The position numbers and the translations under genes are program-made. From NCBI GenBank assembly GCA_039794085.1, contig JBDIWC010000087.1, forward strand, positions 1-11,469: 11,469 nucleotides of DNA, written 5' to 3'. Source of the DNA: Gemmatimonadales bacterium (GTDB lineage Bacteria; Gemmatimonadota; Gemmatimonadetes; Gemmatimonadales; GWC2-71-9). Of the stretch, positions 7,377 through 11,469 are shown piece after piece (the stretch's first letter is position 1; each line of letters begins with the position of its first letter). The notes under the pieces were generated by a model that was not told the origin of the DNA, did no database searches, and saw only the letters and a list, made by a program, of their open reading frames with translations.

Positions 7377-10335
7377 GGTCTCCGGGGGAGAGGTTGAGGA
7401 AGGTTCCGGTCAGCTCGTCCAGGTCGTCCTGGGAGCGGCCGCTGTCCCATTCGGTGAGGGTGGGATCGCAGAGGACGGAGGCGGGGCAGGGGAGACTCGA
7501 CACCACGCGCGCATTGAACCGCCGGTATCCCGAGGCGGCGGGATCGGCCACGAGCGCCGCCAATGCGCGGATCCAGGTCGAGTTGAACCAGGCGGCGAGG
7601 GCCCGTGCCACCCGGCGAGGCGCCGGGATCAGGTAGCAGGTGTTGAGGGGGACGAGGGACCGCCCGGGGTCGAGCAGCACGGCGGCGCCCAGCTGCGGGG
7701 CGAGATCGGCCCACACCACGCAGGCCTCCGTGCGGAGCGACTCGGTCCGGAAGAGCTGCCAGAGTGGGCCGTCGCGGTAGTCGGCGCGCTTTCGGAGCGC
7801 CGTCTCATTTTCGGCGCAGTACGCGGCGGCCCGCCGGGGAAGCTGCGAGCGAACCCTCCCGTTCGCATGATAACCCCAGAGCAGCCGGACTCCGCCGGTC
7901 AGCGCGAAGGGACCCACATCCCGCCCGCGGATCGCGCGACGAATCACCGTGGGTTCCAGCGTGTCGGGAGGGTCGAGCAGGACGCGATTGCATCCGGTCT
8001 TCACGCCCAGGTGACAGCGCCACTGGTCCCCCACCGGGGGGCCCGACGCCTGGAGCCGCATCACCAGGTCCCTCATCCGGTCGGGGAGGAGGATCCAGGG
8101 ACCACCTCCCGAGAGATTGGTTTGGGAGACGCTCTCCTCGGGATACCCGAGGCCGGTGCGAACCGCATGCATCGCCGCAGGTGGCTCCCGGCAGGCCACG
8201 AGAGCCATTGGGTACACCGTCGCATCGAATTGGGCCCTGGGATCGCCCGTGAGATCGCTCGCCACCTCGAGCGTGGCCGACGCCGCCATCGCATGCCGCG
8301 CCAGGGTGGCATAACTCGCGGTCAGCAGCTTGCCCGGAAGCACGAACCCGACGATCCCTCCAGGACGCACGAGCTCGAACGCGCGCTGCAGGAAGGCGAT
8401 GGAGAGATCGGGCTGGTGACGGTACCCTCGCGTGCCCGGTCCCGCTGTCCACCAGCGGTACCGCCCCCGCAGGCGGTCCCGCTCGGCACGCGACAACGAC
8501 TCGGCTCGCACCCATGGCGGATTGCCGACCACCAGGTCGAAGCCTCCCCGGCTCTCCATTGTGTCGGCGAACTGCACCGCATAATGGAACCAGGGAAGTT
8601 CCCCGGTGAGCCGGAGCCGTTGCCGGAGGAGGCGCACCTCCCGCCTCTTCTGTCGCGCATCGGCCAGCGCCTGCTGGAGGGAGGGAGACCGCACCGTCTC
8701 CCCGAAGAGATCGGGTGACTGCACCGCCGCATGGAGTTCGGTGATGCGGTCCGACCAGCGCCGCTCGGTGTCCGCCAGCAACGCCTTCCAGACCGCGATC
8801 TCCGCCGACCGCAGGGCGCGCACCGCGGGGCGTCTCTCGGGTCCGTGTGCCTGCTCCAGGGACCCACGGGCCTCGATGAGACGGGAAATGGCGGAGCGGG
8901 GAAGTCCCGCGGTCACCAGATCGGCCGGTGCGAAGAGAGAATCGCCCTGCCGGATGGCGCCATCGAGGTTGGGTAGCGGGAGCAGGAGGTCGGGGCCCAG
9001 GTCGGCATCGCCGGTGAGCAGCTCGAGCCAGAGTCGGAGTTCGGTGAGCCGGACGGCGTTGGGGTTCCGGTCCACACCATGGAGCGAGGAGGCGAGGATG
9101 CGCCGCCGTCGCTGCGCCAGGGAGAGGGGCTCGGGGTCGAGGCCGGAGAGGCGGCGCAAGGCGGCCACCAGGAAGGCGCCCGATCCCACCGCGGGGTCGA
9201 GGATCCGGATGTCCCGCATGACGGAACGGACCACGCCGTCGGGATTCAGGAGACGGTCCTCCGCCTCCCCAAGCGGGATGCTGAGACGGCGGGAGAGCCA
9301 GGCTGCCAGGGCGTCACCCAGGAGCGCATCCACCAGAGGGGGTGGCGTGTAGTACGTCCCCGAGGCATGCCGCTCCTCGGGATCCATCACCCCTTCGAAC
9401 ACTCGGCCGAGCATCTCGGGGTCCACGCTCTCGGGTCCACCGGCGAGTCCGGTGAAGTGGTAGCGGAGAAAGAGATCGTCAAAGGCGTTCCGCCACTGTT
9501 CGGTGGGAATGACCACCGGCCAGCGGCGCTCGATCGTCTGGCGCTCGAACAGACCGCCGTTCAGAAAGGGGAGGGGGCCAAAGCCCCGGGCGCGCCGGGC
9601 CCGTCGTTCCGGCGGCAGGTTGAAGGTGCCGAAGAAGAGCGGGTCCAGCACGTCCTTCTGCAGGTCCCCTCCCTGGCGGAGGCAGGTCTCGAGCAGCTCC
9701 GCCAGGAAGGCGGGACGGCCGTCGAGCCACCCGCGGGCCTGCACGAAGTGGAGAAAGAGAATGCGGGTGAGCTGGAGCAGGACCAGTTCATGACGGATGG
9801 AGACGGGTACCCGGACGGGAAGGGCCTCCCGCATGTCGACAAGCGTGGTGCGGAAGGCGCGGAAGAAGCGGTCGCCGAGAGGGAGCGTGGCGAGTGCATC
9901 GGCGATCCGGCGGAGCCGGGTCAGGGGATGATCGGATCCGTCCCCCTCTCCCCGGTTGCAGCGGGCCAGCACGGCGAGGTCATCGGGAGTGGGGCGGGAG
10001 AGGGAGATGGTGCGGACCTCGATGCGCTCGAGGCCCGCCGCCAGGGAGAGGGTCCCGCCGTCAGGGGCGAGGGCCACCACGAGGGCGTACCGTCCGCAGC
10101 GCCGCAGGTGTCTGGCTACGCGGCGCGCATCGGCGGCGGGACGCGACGATGCGAGGCCGATGCACCAGAGGTCGTCTCCCTGGCCCACCACGGCGCTCGC
10201 CGAGATGGTGGGGGACACCGGTGTCCAGTGGTCCCCGGGGAACGGCTCCCAGGCCCACTGGAAGCCGAGTGATTCCGCGAGCCGGGGGAGGTCGTTGAGG
10301 GACCGGACGTGCCGGAGGTCGATGGAGCGGGACAG
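7327..10335 (-). CDS. Large N6-adenine DNA methyltransferase (Eco57I/TaqI-like, gamma class). Start uncertain: CTG at 10335 (1002 aa) or GTG at 10218 (963 aa)
   Basis: PFLNGGLFE, DPEMLGRVFE, GTYYTP, motif I ILDPAVGSGAFL, motif IV FDLVVGNPPW (NPPW at 8523-8512), and a C-terminal TaqI-C-like target-recognition region (GVKTG, LNTCY, NSTW). The frame stays open upstream to a TGA at 10371-10369. Confidence 0.9.
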   Translation of the reverse strand: MSRSIDLRHVRSLNDLPRLAESLGFQWAWEPFPGDHWTPVSPTISASAVVGQGDDLWCIGLASSRPAADARRVARHLRRCGRYALVVALAPDGGTLSLAAGLERIEVRTISLSRPTPDDLAVLARCNRGEGDGSDHPLTRLRRIADALATLPLGDRFFRAFRTTLVDMREALPVRVPVSIRHELVLLQLTRILFLHFVQARGWLDGRPAFLAELLETCLRQGGDLQKDVLDPLFFGTFNLPPERRARRARGFGPLPFLNGGLFERQTIERRWPVVIPTEQWRNAFDDLFLRYHFTGLAGGPESVDPEMLGRVFEGVMDPEERHASGTYYTPPPLVDALLGDALAAWLSRRLSIPLGEAEDRLLNPDGVVRSVMRDIRILDPAVGSGAFLVAALRRLSGLDPEPLSLAQRRRRILASSLHGVDRNPNAVRLTELRLWLELLTGDADLGPDLLLPLPNLDGAIRQGDSLFAPADLVTAGLPRSAISRLIEARGSLEQAHGPERRPAVRALRSAEIAVWKALLADTERRWSDRITELHAAVQSPDLFGETVRSPSLQQALADARQKRREVRLLRQRLRLTGELPWFHYAVQFADTMESRGGFDLVVGNPPWVRAESLSRAERDRLRGRYRWWTAGPGTRGYRHQPDLSIAFLQRAFELVRPGGIVGFVLPGKLLTASYATLARHAMAASATLEVASDLTGDPRAQFDATVYPMALVACREPPAAMHAVRTGLGYPEESVSQTNLSGGGPWILLPDRMRDLVMRLQASGPPVGDQWRCHLGVKTGCNRVLLDPPDTLEPTVIRRAIRGRDVGPFALTGGVRLLWGYHANGRVRSQLPRRAAAYCAENETALRKRADYRDGPLWQLFRTESLRTEACVVWADLAPQLGAAVLLDPGRSLVPLNTCYLIPAPRRVARALAAWFNSTWIRALAALVADPAASGYRRFNARVVSSLPCPASVLCDPTLTEWDSGRSQDDLDELTGTFLNLSPGDHDTLATLRSAAPHSRR

Positions 10336-10404
10336 GGAGCGTCCTTGAAGGAGACCCTCCAGTCTCGCTCAGGGCTCTCCGGACACCGTCACCGATTTCG
10401 CCCG

Positions 10405-10503
10405 GAGAGGGTCCTTGCTACGCGGGTCAAGCCGGTGGCACCGTCTCAGGTTTCGAATCCGAAGGTATCGCGGCGACCGCATCCAGGCTCGACGGACCCT
10501 CCC
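10405..10503 (-). ncRNA. Candidate structured RNA immediately downstream of the DUF3800 gene
   Basis: Nested stems on the minus strand: GGGAGGGTCC/GGACCCTCTC and GTCGAGCC/GGCTTGAC, an inner GCGG-TCG-CCGC hairpin, and a TTCGAA-containing loop. Two G-U pairs work only on the minus strand. Confidence 0.4.
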
Positions 10504-10508
10504 GATCG

Positions 10509-11331
10509 TCAGGGCGCAGGCAGCGCATCTTCCAGACGAAGATTGACAACCCGGTAGCCGAAAACAGTGAAACCATCAACCTGCCCAACGCTCTTGAACT
10601 GAAGTCGATTGAGCGCGGGCCAGTATGCCGTCGCATGACGGTAGTCGGGCGAGCCCGCGAGAGTGCGAAGGTAGTAGTTGTGATGCGTCGCGTAGAGGTT
10701 CGCCGCAAATATGTCCGAGAGTTGGAGGCCAACTGTGAGGCGTGAGTCGGCAAAGAGTGGCGCCTCAAGAATGTTGGTGAAGGTTCTGCCGGTGGTGTGG
10801 CCGAAAATGTAGCTCATGTGTGATCGGGCGACCTCGCCATCCAGGCCGGCAATACCACGCATGCGAGAGTCACAGGCCAGGATTGCGTTCTGATATGTTT
10901 GGCTTTCGGCGACGAAAAGGCTGATTCTTTCCACCAGGATCTGGAGCGCCTTGGGTGTAGAGGCTTGTGGCTGAAATTGGATCGACGGCACTCTTGAGGA
11001 ACGTCGCAGCGAAGGTACGACCACCACAGCGATCGATGAAGTCAATGGCGCGCCGGTTGAAGGCCTGCCGACGGGTGCTGGTTCGCTGGTGGGGGCCGGT
11101 GAGGTCCCTTCCCTTTACCTCGACTTCCTCGTCCCGACGACCAAGGCGGCCCATCTTGTCCGGAAAGAAATGGCGCTTCAACCGAAGATACTCCCTGTCC
11201 CTGTGTCGCCAGTCGTTCAATGGCAGGGCGACTGCCGCCAGGACGAAGAGAGGCGTCTCCCCGCTGCGAAGGGGCTCATGATGCCGGGCGGGATTCCCGG
11301 CTTCATCAACGTAGATTACGGCAGTCGTCAT
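10509..11331 (-). pseudogene. DUF3800 domain protein split by a +1 frameshift at 10953-10955 (about 273 aa if repaired)
   Basis: The N-terminal half MTTAVIYVDEAGNP...LFVLAAVAL...EVKG lies in ORF 10870..11442. The C-terminal half KALQILVERI...FADSRLTVGLQLSDIFA lies in ORF 10509..11045. The N-terminal DE and C-terminal QxxD motifs are the DUF3800 signature. The junction reads TAC ACC C AAG GCG. Confidence 0.8.
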
Positions 11332-11350
11332 GCCATGAGGACCTAAGGAA

Positions 11351-11427
11351 GCTCTGAATAAAGCCGTTTCGTGAGCGCCGTCGTGATTGGAATCGCGTGA
11401 CCGGGCGAAACCCACGAAAAACAGAGC
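11351..11427. ncRNA. Candidate long interrupted stem-loop upstream of the DUF3800 gene
   Basis: Nested pairs: GCTCTG(11351-56)/CAGAGC(11422-27), TTTCGTGAG(11367-75)/CCCACGAAA(11411-19), CGCC/GGCG and CGTGAT/ATCGCG. Confidence 0.4.
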
Positions 11428-11469
11428 GTTTCCGGCTCCCACCGGCGGTTGTCAGCCTCCTTCTCACGC

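Noticed and set aside
6757..8718. 653-aa plus-strand ORF (also 5325..6575 and 9079..10272)
   Set aside because: These are antisense shadows of the helicase and methyltransferase. They show no motifs and are expected in high-GC DNA.
5166..10335. Complete DISARM or BREX system
   Set aside because: No drmA/drmB/drmC, pglZ or brxC is in the window, and the block ends at the convergent nadC. Genes beyond 11469 cannot be seen.
10441..10466. tRNA or tRNA fragment suggested by GGTTTCGAATCC (T-arm-like)
   Set aside because: No cloverleaf, acceptor stem with CCA, or properly spaced D and anticodon arms could be built on either strand. It is kept only as part of the candidate structured RNA.
10404..10466. 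Glycine riboswitch (GGAGAG, CCGAAG and CTCAGG words are present)
   Set aside because: The conserved words occur in the wrong order and on the strand opposite the downstream genes.

Overview
GC-rich bacterial window, roughly 70% GC by eye. It holds eight protein genes. (1) An AhpC/TSA (peroxiredoxin-like) gene at 232-711(-) that the ORF track truncates; it reads through an in-frame UGA in a UxxC motif followed by a SECIS-like hairpin, so it is a probable selenoprotein. (2) A CoxG/SRPBCC protein. (3) A group II PLP decarboxylase with a CSAD/GADL1-type substrate motif. (4) A PpaX-like HAD phosphatase. (5) nadC. (6-8) A co-oriented minus-strand block: a frameshifted DUF3800 gene flanked by two candidate structured RNAs, a large Eco57I/TaqI-like N6-adenine methyltransferase (probably starting at CTG), and an overlapping SNF2-like helicase. 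That block is a candidate defence module. The intergenic DNA is dense with small repeats: 9-nt-periodic inverted repeats, REP-like hairpins with a compensatory base change, and heptamer runs that supply the stop codons of three genes. All family assignments come from motif recognition; no searches were run.
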